DNA of 64,000 nt from Gammaproteobacteria bacterium (GTDB lineage: Bacteria > Pseudomonadota > Gammaproteobacteria > GCA-002705445 > GCA-002716945): the NCBI GenBank assembly GCA_038142325.1, contig JAYQJW010000002.1:160001-224000 (forward strand), written 5' to 3'. The first letter of the stretch is position 1; each line of letters opens with the position of its first letter. The notes beneath the pieces were generated by a model, which was not told the origin of the DNA, did no database searches, and saw only the letters and a list, made by a program, of their open reading frames with translations. Positions 10,106 to 21,347 of the stretch are shown piece after piece. The translations under genes and the position numbers were made by a program.

Positions 10106-10860
10106 GAATTAAGACTTCTTAGAGCATGATTTATTTTATTAGATAAATCGTTGCTTATTTTATTATCGATGTAGTCTCGTGTACATACTGAGTCTAAAAA
10201 ATGAAGTATTACATGAGACTCTTTCTTCATTAAAAAATCAAAATACAAAGTCATCATCTCACCCTTTTCGCTTTTTTCAGTTATTATCCTTGAGTATTTG
10301 GTATCTTTTGGATAATCACGTGGGTATCTAATCGCTATTGGTTGAATATTAATATCCGTTTTGTCTATTGATTTAAAAAGCTTATGATGAAACTTTTTTA
10401 CACTCTCGCCACTACCAATTTTTCCTTCAGGAAAGAATACAATTTTATTCCCTACTGCTAACCTATTTTTCATTTCGGTTATCATTCTAGATGAATCCTT
10501 GCTGTCACCTCTTTTGATAAATAATGTCCCTGTTTTTGATGCAAGATTTCCAATTATTGGCCACTTAGATATTTCATCTTTTGCAATAAAATTTACGGGT
10601 AGTAATTGATTAATAACAATAATATCTAAATATGTAACATGATTAGATACATATAAACTAGATGAAACATCAGGGTTACCAATAATTTTAATTTTAATTC
10701 CTAATATGTATGATAGGCATTTCATCCATTTCATCATGATTAAAAAATGTATTTTTCTAAATGATTCTATATTATTAGGAAAAAAAACTATTGTAATTAG
10801 CCCTACTATGATAATTAGAATTAGCAAAGGCAATCTGATTAATACTAATAAAATAGACAT
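10102..10860 (-). CDS. Lysophospholipid acyltransferase (PlsC family)
   Basis: SNHVTYLD (HxxxxD), FIAKDEI, FIKR, FFPEG. Confidence 0.9.
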   Translation of the reverse strand: MSILLVLIRLPLLILIIIVGLITIVFFPNNIESFRKIHFLIMMKWMKCLSYILGIKIKIIGNPDVSSSLYVSNHVTYLDIIVINQLLPVNFIAKDEISKWPIIGNLASKTGTLFIKRGDSKDSSRMITEMKNRLAVGNKIVFFPEGKIGSGESVKKFHHKLFKSIDKTDINIQPIAIRYPRDYPKDTKYSRIITEKSEKGEMMTLYFDFLMKKESHVILHFLDSVCTRDYIDNKISNDLSNKINHALRSLNS

Positions 10861-10868
10861 GTTATTAA

Positions 10869-12865
10869 CTAACCAACAATCAATTTAACAAAATCTTTAT
10901 ATGATGTTATTGGTTCAGCACATATCATGCCCGAACAATGATAAGAGATGAATTCTTCATCGGATATTTTACTATTCAATGCATCAGGTAGATTACTAAG
11001 TTTTTTGTCGATACAAATTATATATTTTTTATAATACCTTATATCTTTTTTTATATTGTTCATTATTTCAGAATTGGTACGAATAATTATAATTTCTTTA
11101 TCAATTTCTTTATCATTAAGCAGATTGATTGCACTAACACACGAAGTAAGATTTTCATCAATAGATTTGTAAATGTATTTTAAAGCGCGATCAGCAGATT
11201 GAATATATTCCTCTTTACCTGAAATATATCCCATACGTAGGAGGGTATCAGTAGCATACACTAAACCAGAAGGTATAGAATCATCTGAAATTGATTTAGG
11301 CCGATGAAATAGTCTTTCATGCTTATTGGATGTGAAGAAATATCCGCCTTTGTCTTTATCTTCAAAATAATTTATTAGATCAGCGCATATTCTATTACAT
11401 AGACCATAGTAATCTTCGTTCCAATCTAATGTGAAATAGTCAATGAGGGTGGAGCCTAACAATGCATAGTCATCTAAATAGCCTGGAAAACATGCTTCAT
11501 TGTTATAGCAAGAAAATATAGATTCATTTGTTACCATTTCAGTAATAATGAAATTTAGGGCCCTATCAATGCTAGATTTAATATCTTGATTGTTATTTAT
11601 TTTATATAACTTTATCAAACCTTTTAAATACAAGCAGTTCCAAGAAAGAAGGATTTTTTTATCAATATTTGGCATCTTTTTGTTTTTTCTTAATTCTGAT
11701 AATTTTTTGAAGATTCTCGAAAATTCATTAATATTATTTTTAAAATCATTCTCTTTTTTTCTCTTTAAGTGCAAATGATGGTTTCCCTCAAAATTTGGCC
11801 TATCAAGCTCAAGAAAATATGTTTTTAATAGGTCTATGTCTTTCTTGCCGAGTGATTGTTGGATTTCATCAGTAGTGAATATATAGTATTTGCCTTCATG
11901 CCCTTCAGAATCAGCATCAATTGTTGAATAAAATACCCCTTCTTCAGATGTCATGCACTCACTAACCCATTCATATATGCTATTAGCCTTCTTAAGATAA
12001 AAGTCATCTTTGAATTCAATATAACTATCACAGAGTATGCTCATCATTGGCCCGTTGTCATAAAGCATTTTTTCAAAATGAGGAATCATCCAAACATCAT
12101 CTACGGAATAGCGAAAGAAACCACCATCAATATGATCATTGATCCCACTAACACACATTCTGTCCATCGTGTATTGAATTTTGGTCTTCTCAAGATTTGT
12201 AGAATAATTATCTATATAAAAAGATAAAGATGGAAACTGAGGAAATTTCGGTGCTGATCCAAATCCTCCGTTTATCGTATCCATTATTGAACTCAATTGA
12301 AGTTTTAATTTATCGATTAATGATTGGTCAATTACTTTTTCTTCATTTTCTCTTGATTGTAAATTTTTGAAAACATTAAGGACATTTATGTTTTGACTCT
12401 TAATATCATCTTGATTGTTTTTATAGAACTCAATAACTCTCATCAAAATTTTTTAAATGATAACATTCCATACTTGTCTTCTTTCGGGAAATACGTGCCA
12501 CCAAAAAATGGAAATTTATCATGATCCATGAATATAGTTAAAGGCCAACCTCCGTTTTTACCTGTGATTATCGACTGAGACATCTGGTAAACTTTATCAA
12601 CATCAGGTCTTTCTTCTCTGACTACCTTTATGTTGATGAAATGAGTATTTAAAATATCAGCAGTCTCTTGATCTTCAAATGATTCATGGGCCATAACATG
12701 ACACCAATGGCAGGCCGAATAACCAATTGATAACATAATCGGCTTATTCGTTTTTTTTGCTATCTCAAATGCTTCGTCGCACCAAGGGTACCAATCTACA
12801 GGATTATCAGCATGTTGTTGAAGGTAGAGGCTCCTCTCTTTACTAAGCTTATTCATTTCTTTCAT
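10869..12865 (-). CDS. YyaL/SSP411-like thioredoxin-domain protein; frameshift near 12450
   Basis: [58 protein letters not shown]. Confidence 0.92.
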
Positions 12866-12902
12866 ATGTGTACGCTCATGCTGTTATAATCTAATTCTAC
12901 TA

Positions 12903-13676
12903 ATGACATACTTTCACGAAATTAATCCAATAATGTTTGAAATCTTCAGCATTAAACTATATTGGTATGGTTTCATGTACGCTTTGTCATTCGTTATTAT
13001 AGACTATTTAATTGTAAGAGCTGCCAAAATAGGGAATATTGAGATAGATCTTCATGTTGCCGAAAGACTGACATTAGTAATATTATTGTTCGCTATTGTT
13101 GGTGGAAGAATTGGATATATTCTATTCTATGATTTCAATTTTTACCTTAATAATATAGAACAAATATTTTTCATTTGGAATGGAGGACTTTCATTTCATG
13201 GAGGTCTAATTGGCACAATAGTAGGTGCGGCATATTTCACAAAAAATTACAAAATTGATTTTTATCATCTTACTGATGTTATAGCCAGATATGCACCCAT
13301 AGGGCTATTTTTTGGCAGGATAGGTAATTTCATTAATTCAGAGCTTTACGGTATTAAAACATCTGGAGACTGGGGGGTCATATTTTCTGTAATTGACAAC
13401 AATCCACGTCATCCATCTATGCTTTATGAAGCATTCCTAGAGGGACTTGTTTTATTTTTGATATTGGCATTTATCTCTAAATGGAAACCTGCTTATGGAG
13501 TTATCAGCGGATATTTTTTACTATTTTATGGCGTCTTTAGATTTCTTGTTGAGTTTGTGCGATTACCTGATGCACACATTGGCTATATCTATTATGATTG
13601 GATGACTATGGGGCATCTACTTAGTATGCCTATGATTTTTATTGGTTTGATAATTATATATAGACGAACATCATGA
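12903..13676 (+). CDS. lgt: Prolipoprotein diacylglyceryl transferase
   Basis: [41 protein letters not shown]. Confidence 0.97.
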   Translation: MTYFHEINPIMFEIFSIKLYWYGFMYALSFVIIDYLIVRAAKIGNIEIDLHVAERLTLVILLFAIVGGRIGYILFYDFNFYLNNIEQIFFIWNGGLSFHGGLIGTIVGAAYFTKNYKIDFYHLTDVIARYAPIGLFFGRIGNFINSELYGIKTSGDWGVIFSVIDNNPRHPSMLYEAFLEGLVLFLILAFISKWKPAYGVISGYFLLFYGVFRFLVEFVRLPDAHIGYIYYDWMTMGHLLSMPMIFIGLIIIYRRTS

Positions 13677-14467
13677 AAGAATATCAAGAATTACTTCAGA
13701 AAATCTTAAATGAGGGTATGAAAAAAGATGATAGAACCGGCACAGGTACATTATCTTGTTTTGGGCATCAAATGAGGTTTGATTTAGCTAATAGTTTTCC
13801 GCTTGTAACAACGAAAAAAATACATTTCCCATCAGTAGTTCATGAACTTTTATGGTTTTTGAAAGGAGATTCTAATATTGCATATCTTAACGAAAATGGT
13901 GTAACTATTTGGGATGAATGGGCAGATGCTAATGGTGATCTTGGAAGAGTTTACGGAGTTCAATGGAGATCATGGAAAGATTCTAACGGTAATTATATAG
14001 ATCAAATAACAAACCTAATGAATTCTTTGAAAAATAATCCTAACTCAAGAAGACATATTGTGGCATCTTGGAATGTGGGAGATTTAGATAAAATGAATCT
14101 TCCTCCTTGTCACGCTCTTTTTCAATTTTATATTTCAAACCATAAACTGTCTTGTCAACTCTACCAAAGAAGCGCAGATGTTTTTCTAGGCGTACCTTTC
14201 AACATTGCTTCATACGCATTACTTACATACATGATTGCAAAAACGTTAGAACTTGAGCTTGGAGAATTCATACATACATTAGGTGATGCACACTTATATA
14301 CAAACCATATCGAACAAGCTAAATTACAGCTTTCTAGGACACCAAAGAAAAGACCTACGCTAGAAATTATTAATAAACGCGATGATATTTTTTCATATGT
14401 ATTTGAAGATTTTCATTTAAAAAACTATGAAGCTCATGATCATATCAAAGCTCCTGTTTCAGTCTAG
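13673..14467 (+). CDS. thyA: Thymidylate synthase
   Basis: [32 protein letters not shown]. Confidence 0.98.
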   Translation: MKEYQELLQKILNEGMKKDDRTGTGTLSCFGHQMRFDLANSFPLVTTKKIHFPSVVHELLWFLKGDSNIAYLNENGVTIWDEWADANGDLGRVYGVQWRSWKDSNGNYIDQITNLMNSLKNNPNSRRHIVASWNVGDLDKMNLPPCHALFQFYISNHKLSCQLYQRSADVFLGVPFNIASYALLTYMIAKTLELELGEFIHTLGDAHLYTNHIEQAKLQLSRTPKKRPTLEIINKRDDIFSYVFEDFHLKNYEAHDHIKAPVSV

Positions 14468-14472
14468 AAGTC

Positions 14473-14952
14473 ATGTCAATTAAAATTATCGCAGCTCATA
14501 GTAGTAATAGAATAATTGGTAACAAAGGAACCATTCCATGGTTTATAAAAGGAGAGCTGAGAAGGTTTAGAGATATTACTATGAATCACAATGTTGTGAT
14601 GGGAAGAAAAACTTATGAATCGATTGGTAAAGTACTAGATGGTAGAAAAAATATCATAGTTTCTAGGAATAAAACATTTACAGTTGATGGAGCTATTTCC
14701 GCTAATTCTTATGATGATGCGATATCCAAATGTGACTCTGAAAAAGACATATTTATCATAGGCGGCGCTAAATTATATGAATTAGCATTAGACCGTTGTG
14801 ATTATCTTTTGTTAACTTTGATAAATAAAAAAATAGAAGGTGATACTTACTTTCCAAAATATGATCATTCATCATGGACATTGATTAATGAAGTAAGAAA
14901 TTATGATATAGAAAACAAATTTTCTTACACATTTTTATCTTATAAAGTTTAA
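14473..14952 (+). CDS. folA: Dihydrofolate reductase
   Basis: IGNKGTIPW, VMGRKTYESIG, IIGGA, GDTYFP; follows thyA. Confidence 0.96.
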   Translation: MSIKIIAAHSSNRIIGNKGTIPWFIKGELRRFRDITMNHNVVMGRKTYESIGKVLDGRKNIIVSRNKTFTVDGAISANSYDDAISKCDSEKDIFIIGGAKLYELALDRCDYLLLTLINKKIEGDTYFPKYDHSSWTLINEVRNYDIENKFSYTFLSYKV

Positions 14953-15320
14953 TGAATTACTCTTGGGATTGATAAGACAAATTCTGGTATTTCAGCATCA
15001 AAATAATTATCCTCGTCATCAATCATGTGATAACTTCCCCTCATGGTACCGAATGAAGTTTCTATCATCGTGCCACTGGTGTATTGAAATTCTTCACCTG
15101 GTTGGATATCAGGTTGTTCACCGATTACACCCTCACCTTTTACATCTTGTATTTTTCCATTATCATCTTTAATTATCCAATGCCTAGATAATAATTTTGC
15201 ACTTTTATCACCAGTATTTTTTATTAGTACTGTATAAAGAAAATAATATTTGTTTTCATCTGGATTTGATTCACTGCTTAAATAAGTTGTTTCTACATTA
15301 ATTTTTATTAGGTTATTCAT
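14949..15320 (-). CDS. apaG: ApaG protein
   Basis: LLSRHWII, GEGVIGEQP, YTSG, GTMRGSY. Confidence 0.96.
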   Translation of the reverse strand: MNNLIKINVETTYLSSESNPDENKYYFLYTVLIKNTGDKSAKLLSRHWIIKDDNGKIQDVKGEGVIGEQPDIQPGEEFQYTSGTMIETSFGTMRGSYHMIDDEDNYFDAEIPEFVLSIPRVIH

Positions 15321-15783
15321 AATTTATCTTCTTTTTAATTTTTTCTAGTAGTTTATCTGCTCCCTGTTGCATGGCTGGGGTAAGATGCATTTTAGCATTA
15401 TCTCTAATGCTTTGGGAATTATAACCATTTTCTAATGCGATTACCGACCATGCATATGCAGCAAGTAAATTTTTTTTCGTTCCTAATCCATTCATATGCA
15501 TATAAGCTAAATTATTTTGCGCTCTAGCAGATCCCATCAATGCTGCTCTCCTACAATAATCAAAGGCCACAAAAGTATTTTTAGCTACACCTTTGCCAAA
15601 AAAGTATAAAAGGCCAATATTATATAAAGCCTCCTTTTCCCCATCTGCTGCTTCCTTCTGCCATACTTCTAATGCTTTATTATATTGCCCTTTCTGATAA
15701 TACTTATAACCAATATCATCATTACTTTGGATACTCGTTAATGGGATAGTTATTAATATAAGTAGATATATTATTCTAGGCAT
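15313..15783 (-). CDS. Exported Sel1-repeat protein
   Basis: Signal peptide from ATG 15783; ALYNIGLLYFFGKGV and AQNNLAYMHMNGLGT repeats. Confidence 0.88.
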   Translation of the reverse strand: MPRIIYLLILITIPLTSIQSNDDIGYKYYQKGQYNKALEVWQKEAADGEKEALYNIGLLYFFGKGVAKNTFVAFDYCRRAALMGSARAQNNLAYMHMNGLGTKKNLLAAYAWSVIALENGYNSQSIRDNAKMHLTPAMQQGADKLLEKIKKKINYE

Positions 15784-15826
15784 ATTACATTTAAAAAAAA
15801 TAATGAATTTTAGAAATTGACTAATC

Positions 15827-16159
15827 ATGGACATAAATATCTTTAATAAAATTTTTTCATCATTGAGTAAAGGTAACGAAAATATTAAATCCTCTTTAAT
15901 AAAGATTCAAACCATTCTTGCAAATGAGACACGAGAATCTAATGAGATGTTGAGGATTTATCAAAAATACGTCACTAATAATGAAGATATCTCAAAAGAA
16001 GAGCTAGAAAAAGCAAATCAACAATTTTCAGATTTACTCAAAGGACTGGGTCTTGCAGGAGTTTTTGCTCTTCCAGGTGGCTTGCTTGCTATAGCATTCA
16101 TTGTGAAAGTGGGTGAAAAATTAGGTATTGATATTATCCCTAAAAAGTACAAGGAATAA
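15827..16159 (+). CDS. Small hypothetical protein with LETM1-like membrane motif
   Basis: EELEKANQQFSDLLKGLGLAGVFALPGG..IIP resembles the DxxK..F.LPGG..LP segment of bacterial LETM1-related proteins. Confidence 0.55.
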   Translation: MDINIFNKIFSSLSKGNENIKSSLIKIQTILANETRESNEMLRIYQKYVTNNEDISKEELEKANQQFSDLLKGLGLAGVFALPGGLLAIAFIVKVGEKLGIDIIPKKYKE

Positions 16160-16822
16160 TTAATCGTCGAAGTAATCGTCTTGTTTTTTAATTCTTAAGC
16201 CATGTTTTTCTTGGACTTTGGTTCCAATAAATAAAGATGGTAATAAGAATATAAAGAATAAATCAACAAAATACCAAAAAGCATTAACATCAAACACGTT
16301 TAATAATCCAGCCATTATTGCATTTATCCATATCCAGAAAAATGGAAGAAATTTGTCAGGAGCAATTACCCATGGCATATGTTCTAACATTAGGGTAGTA
16401 AAATATTTCCCGTGAAGACCATAATAAACCGTGATGAAGACTAAAAATATAATAGTACCCACTATCAGTGAATGAGCCAAAGCTGGAAATATCCCTATTA
16501 TTCCCAGAGGCGCTATAAGAAATGACAGATAACCTTCCCATGCAAGCCATATTAACAATATTGAGATTATTGCATATTTAGTTGCCCTTTTTTCATTCAC
16601 ATCATATGAGCTTCTTTTATAGAGAAGTTTGTATAAAATGAAAACGGCAATTAGGTAGTATGATATCAGTCCAAAGGTTTTTGATGAGAATATGTTGCTA
16701 AGATTTTCTACAACTATATTAAGATGACTTTCAACAGTAAGCCACACTAGAATTGTAGCAATTGATGCATTTACAAACGCCTGAACTCCCTTGGGCGTTA
16801 TCGATTTCCATGGATCTCCCAT
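16160..16822 (-). CDS. Hypothetical polytopic membrane protein
   Basis: 220-aa intact ORF, SD AGGAGAGG, 6-7 hydrophobic segments, no family recognised. Confidence 0.75.
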   Translation of the reverse strand: MGDPWKSITPKGVQAFVNASIATILVWLTVESHLNIVVENLSNIFSSKTFGLISYYLIAVFILYKLLYKRSSYDVNEKRATKYAIISILLIWLAWEGYLSFLIAPLGIIGIFPALAHSLIVGTIIFLVFITVYYGLHGKYFTTLMLEHMPWVIAPDKFLPFFWIWINAIMAGLLNVFDVNAFWYFVDLFFIFLLPSLFIGTKVQEKHGLRIKKQDDYFDD

Positions 16823-16876
16823 ATACCTCTCCTATGCAACTTATGATAAACTAAATTTTCAAATTTAACAGAATAT

Positions 16877-17458
16877 ATGTCGAATATTTTTATCATTAGT
16901 GCACCATCAGGTTGCGGCAAGACATCCTTAGTTCGAGAATTATGTGAATGCTACCCTTTTCTCTCACAAACAGTTTCATACACTACACGTCCTATTAGAT
17001 CTGGCGAGGAAAATGGCTCAGATTATATCTTTATTTCTAGGGATCAGTTTGTAGCTAAGAAAAAAAAGAATGAATTTATAGAATCGCAGGATGTTTATGA
17101 TAATTTCTATGGCACCACATACGAATCAATAAATACTATTTTAATTAGCGGTAATGACGTTGTAATGGAAATAGACTACAAAGGAATGCTTGCCATAAAA
17201 TCAAAAATTCCATCAGCAAAGTCTATTTATATTATCCCGCCCAGTATTAGTGAGCTCAAGAAGAGGCTTCTGGAACGAGGTCTTGATAGTAATGAGGTGA
17301 TTGACAAACGTGTATCTGTAGCTGAAGAAGAACTGACATATACTAAGTTTGCAGATTATGTGATTGTTAATGATGATTTTTCTCTAGCATCTGAATCACT
17401 CAAATCACTAGTTTTAATGTTACATATACAAAATCACCATACAATTTTGAGCATATAA
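16877..17458 (+). CDS. gmk: Guanylate kinase
   Basis: SAPSGCGKT, SYTTRPIRSGE, YGT, EID; precedes rpoZ. Confidence 0.97.
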   Translation: MSNIFIISAPSGCGKTSLVRELCECYPFLSQTVSYTTRPIRSGEENGSDYIFISRDQFVAKKKKNEFIESQDVYDNFYGTTYESINTILISGNDVVMEIDYKGMLAIKSKIPSAKSIYIIPPSISELKKRLLERGLDSNEVIDKRVSVAEEELTYTKFADYVIVNDDFSLASESLKSLVLMLHIQNHHTILSI

Positions 17459-17470
17459 TCTCTCTAAATC

Positions 17471-17498
17471 TTGCCGAGCTATCATATTCTGATATACT
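17471..17498 (+). promoter_or_regulatory. Sigma70-type promoter of rpoZ-spoT (near-leaderless)
   Basis: TTGCCG-N16-TATACT with TG extension; ATG 8 nt downstream. Confidence 0.55.
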
Positions 17499-17506
17499 CT
17501 TCCAAC

Positions 17507-17893
17507 ATGGCTAGGGTTACTATAGAAGATTGTTTAGAGAAAATTGATAATGCATATGATATTGTCTCTCTTGCAAGTCAACGCGCGAAAGATATTCTTG
17601 ACGGTTCAGAACCTAAAATAGATTATTCGGGTAAACCAAGTGTTATTGCCTTAAAAGAAATTGCAGAAGGCCTCATTGACATGTCATATTTTGAGACCCG
17701 AAGAAAAGAAAAAATTGAAGAGCAGCTCTCTGAAGCAATAGCTGAAGAGGAGGCAATTGCAGATATAAATGATGATGCTCAGCAACTTGCTCAAACAGAA
17801 CCATCAATTTCATCGGTAGAAAGCCCAGAAGATACTACTCAGATGGACTCCGAGATCTCTACAGAAGAAAATACAGAAGACAAACCTGCCTAA
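17507..17893 (+). CDS. rpoZ: RNA polymerase omega subunit with acidic C-terminal extension
   Basis: MARVTIEDC..ASQRA..KPSVIALKEIAEG; between gmk and spoT. Confidence 0.96.
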   Translation: MARVTIEDCLEKIDNAYDIVSLASQRAKDILDGSEPKIDYSGKPSVIALKEIAEGLIDMSYFETRRKEKIEEQLSEAIAEEEAIADINDDAQQLAQTEPSISSVESPEDTTQMDSEISTEENTEDKPA

Positions 17894-17911
17894 AAATCTT
17901 ATTCTAGTTAC

Positions 17912-20039
17912 ATGGCTGTAGCTAAAAATAATAAAACTATAGAAGACATAAACTATTCAAGTTTCAAAAAGAAACTACAAAAATATCTTAATTCTTATCA
18001 AATTAAGAAGGTTGAGAAATCATACTTATTAGCAAAAGACGCTCATCAGGGTCAAAAGCGTAAATCTGGTGAGAATTATATTAATCATCCATTGCATGCT
18101 GCATCATACCTTGCTGATTATCAGCTTGATCACGAAACTATAATGGCTGCAATACTTCATGATGTTATTGAAGATACCAAGATAAATTTAAATGATTTAG
18201 AAAAAAGTTTTGGAAAGAAAGTAGCAGAACTTGTTGATGGGGTAAGTAAGCTTGATCGTATTGATTTTAATACTAAAGAGGAAGCAGACGCGGCAAATCT
18301 CAGAAAGATGATATTAGCTATGAGTAATGACATTCGAGTTTTACTTATAAAGTTAGCTGATAGGCGGCATAATCTATCTACCATTAATGTGCTTCACAAA
18401 AAAAAAGCGAGAAGAATAGCGCGAGAAACACTTGAAATTTATGCGCCTCTAGCTTTACGTTTAGGTATACATAATCTCTCGACAGAATTAGAAAACCTTT
18501 CATTTAAAACTTTCTTTCCTTTACGTCATAAGACTCTTATAAAAAACATTGACAAGGCAAGAGGCAATAGGAAACTTTTGATGAATAAAATCCAAACAGA
18601 GGTAATAAAAAAACTTGAATCTGAATCTATAAAAAGTCAAACAACAGCAAGAGAAAAACATCCTTATGGCATCTATAAAAAGATGAAATCAAAAGAACTT
18701 AAATTCTCTCAAATACATGATATTTTTGGGGTCCGTATAATTACAGATAGTGTAGACTTATGTTACCGAGCTCTTGGTTGTGTTCATAATCTGTATAAAC
18801 CAATTCCGGGAAGATTTAAAGATTATGTAGCAATTCCGAAATCAAATGGATATCAATCATTACATACTTCTGTTTTAGGACCACACAATCTACCAATAGA
18901 ATTTCAAATTAGAACGAATGAGATGCATGATCTTGCTCAATCTGGTATTGCAGCACATTGGCTTATATAAAAGATCTCCATCTATAAGTAAATTGTCTAG
19001 AGAGCAGCAATGGCTAAATAATCTTTTGGATATACAAAAGCAATCTGGTAACCCAACAGAATTTTTAGGCAGTATCAAAGAAGATCTTAAATCCTGGAAA
19101 GGTATATGTATTTTCATCAAAAGGAGAGATAATTGAATTACCTAAGAAATCAACATTAATAGATTTCGCATATGCTATACACACTGATCTAGGCAATAAC
19201 TTCGCTTCTGGTACTGTAGATGGAGATATTAAACCACCAAACGCCATACTTAAAAATGGACAAAGAGTAATAATAGAAAAATCCAAAGATTCTAAACCTG
19301 ACCCATCATGGCTGAATTTCGTAACTTCAGTTAAGGCGAGAACATCAATCAGAAACTTCCTTAGAAATATTCATAAAACAGATGCAATAAATCTGGGACA
19401 AAGGTTATTAAAATCCAGTCTGAAAGAATTAGATGTTTCTCTTAAAGACATTCCTAAAAAAACTTTGATGTATATTTTATCTGAATATAAATTCAACACT
19501 TTGGATGATTTGTACAGAGATATAGGTCTTGGAAATGTAATACTAAAACTTGTTGCTTTGCGCATGGCCCCATCTTTTAAAAAGAATAACAGCGAAACAT
19601 CTTATGATATAGAGGGCTCCGAGGGCTAGTAATGTCATATGCGAAATGTTGCTATCCTTTACCAGGGGATAATATTGTTGGACATATCTCACAAGGAAAA
19701 GGTATAGTCGTGCATAGAAGTAGTTGCAAAAGTATCAAGCAACAAAAAGATAAAAAAGATTATATAGACCTTAGATGGAGTGAAGATGTTGATAATTATT
19801 TCAATGCATCTATCATGGTTGAAGTAGAGAATGTTCGTGGCGTCCTTGCTCAAGTATCATCTATTATTGCACAGAGTAATCATAATATTGAAAGTGTAAA
19901 CTATACGGATACGCATGAAGCTGGTCATAACATGATGGTATTTGTTATCTCTGCAGAGAATGTTAATCAAATAAATAAACTATTAGTAAGACTTAATAAA
20001 ATCAATAATGTCTACAGGGCTGAAAGAAAAAGAAGTTAA
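17912..20039 (+). CDS. spoT: Bifunctional (p)ppGpp synthetase/hydrolase; frameshifts near 18965, 19095 and 19625
   Basis: HQGQKRKSGE.Y..HP, LHDVIED, RFKDY..PK.NGYQSLHT, TGS (DFAYAIHT), CCYPLPGD, C-terminal ACT domain. Confidence 0.95.
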
Positions 20040-20041
20040 AT

Positions 20042-20776
20042 ATGAACAAATCTAAATTTGGATATAAAGATATAAATATGGAAGATAAAGCCGATAAGGT
20101 TAATGATGTCTTTTCTTCGGTTTCCAGTAAGTATGATCTAATGAACGATATTATGTCATTCGGACTTCATCGTTTATGGAAGAAACAATTTTTGAAACTT
20201 TGTAATTTAGATAATAAAAATAAAATCCTCGATATAGCATGCGGTACTGGAGATATTTCTCTAGGTATTATGAAATATAACCCAAATATTAAGCTCACTT
20301 GTCTTGACCCGAATAATGAGATGATAGAAATATGTAAAAAAAAGTTAATAAATAATGGTTTCATAAATATTAATTATAAAATATCCAGTATTGAGGATTA
20401 TAAGTCCTCTCCAAGAATATATGATTTAATAACAGTAGCTTTTGGTTTTAGAAACTTCACTAATCATGAAAAAAGTTTAACTAATATCTACAATAGTCTT
20501 CAGCCAGGTGGTCAGTTTCTCATCATGGACTTTAAAAAACCAAGAACTAAAATATATTCGAATTTGTTTAAGTTCTACACATTGAAAATTATTCCAAAGA
20601 TAGGAGAGAAAATTGCAAATGACTATCAAAGTTACAGATATCTAGGAGAATCAATACAAACCTATTTAACTCCAGATGCTATAAAAAACTTATGTTTAGA
20701 TGCAGGCTTTGATCAGGTTCGAATAGTAAATCTTCCAGAGGATGTTGCAACTATACATATTGCACAAAAATCATGA
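20042..20776 (+). CDS. ubiE: Ubiquinone/menaquinone C-methyltransferase
   Basis: KYDLMNDIMSFGLHRLWK, LDIACGTGD, FGFRN, YRYLGESI. Confidence 0.96.
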   Translation: MNKSKFGYKDINMEDKADKVNDVFSSVSSKYDLMNDIMSFGLHRLWKKQFLKLCNLDNKNKILDIACGTGDISLGIMKYNPNIKLTCLDPNNEMIEICKKKLINNGFININYKISSIEDYKSSPRIYDLITVAFGFRNFTNHEKSLTNIYNSLQPGGQFLIMDFKKPRTKIYSNLFKFYTLKIIPKIGEKIANDYQSYRYLGESIQTYLTPDAIKNLCLDAGFDQVRIVNLPEDVATIHIAQKS

Positions 20777-21347
20777 AAGAAAATTTAATTAATAAAATAA
20801 ATAGCTTTTTAGAACTAGAAGTATTCAAAAATACTTACCAAGATTTAATACCTGAAAAACTTCTTTCTAAAAAAAAATAAACATAAACATCGAAGATATA
20901 TCATTTGATATTTCACTAATATTTGAAAAAGATAAAGTTTTTTTGACAACAAGTTCAGACAAGAATGATGTGACAGTAACTGGAACATTGTCCTGTTTTA
21001 TATTTTATGCATCAAGTAAAGGAAGCGACTTATTCTCATCAAAAATCAATATCAGTGGCGATGTAGAAACCGCCAATGCGCTGAATAATTTTTTCAAAGA
21101 ATCAGATCTACTACAAATAGTCGTTACAAATCTTTTGGGGCAAAAATCAGCTTCAACAATCTTCTCTGTTGTGGATCCTATTAAGGATAAATTTGCTGAT
21201 ATTAATAAAAAGAATAATAACTCTCTCGCTGAATTTCTAAAATATGATATCAATCTAATTCCAACTAAAAGTGAAATTAATGAATTTATTGATCAAGTAG
21301 ATGATATTAAAAGTAGGACTGAGAAACTTCTTAAAAAAATGAAATGA
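20773..21347 (+). CDS. ubiJ: Ubiquinone biosynthesis accessory factor UbiJ; frameshift in A-run near 20870
   Basis: SCP2-like ISGDVETA, C-terminal EFIDQVDDIKSRTEKL; lies between ubiE and ubiB. Confidence 0.8.

Noticed and set aside
16160-16822. Microbial rhodopsin or heliorhodopsin
   Set aside because: About 7 hydrophobic segments, but the last helix (WYFVDLFFIFLLP) has no retinal-binding DxxxK/SxxxK lysine and there is no RYxxW-type motif.
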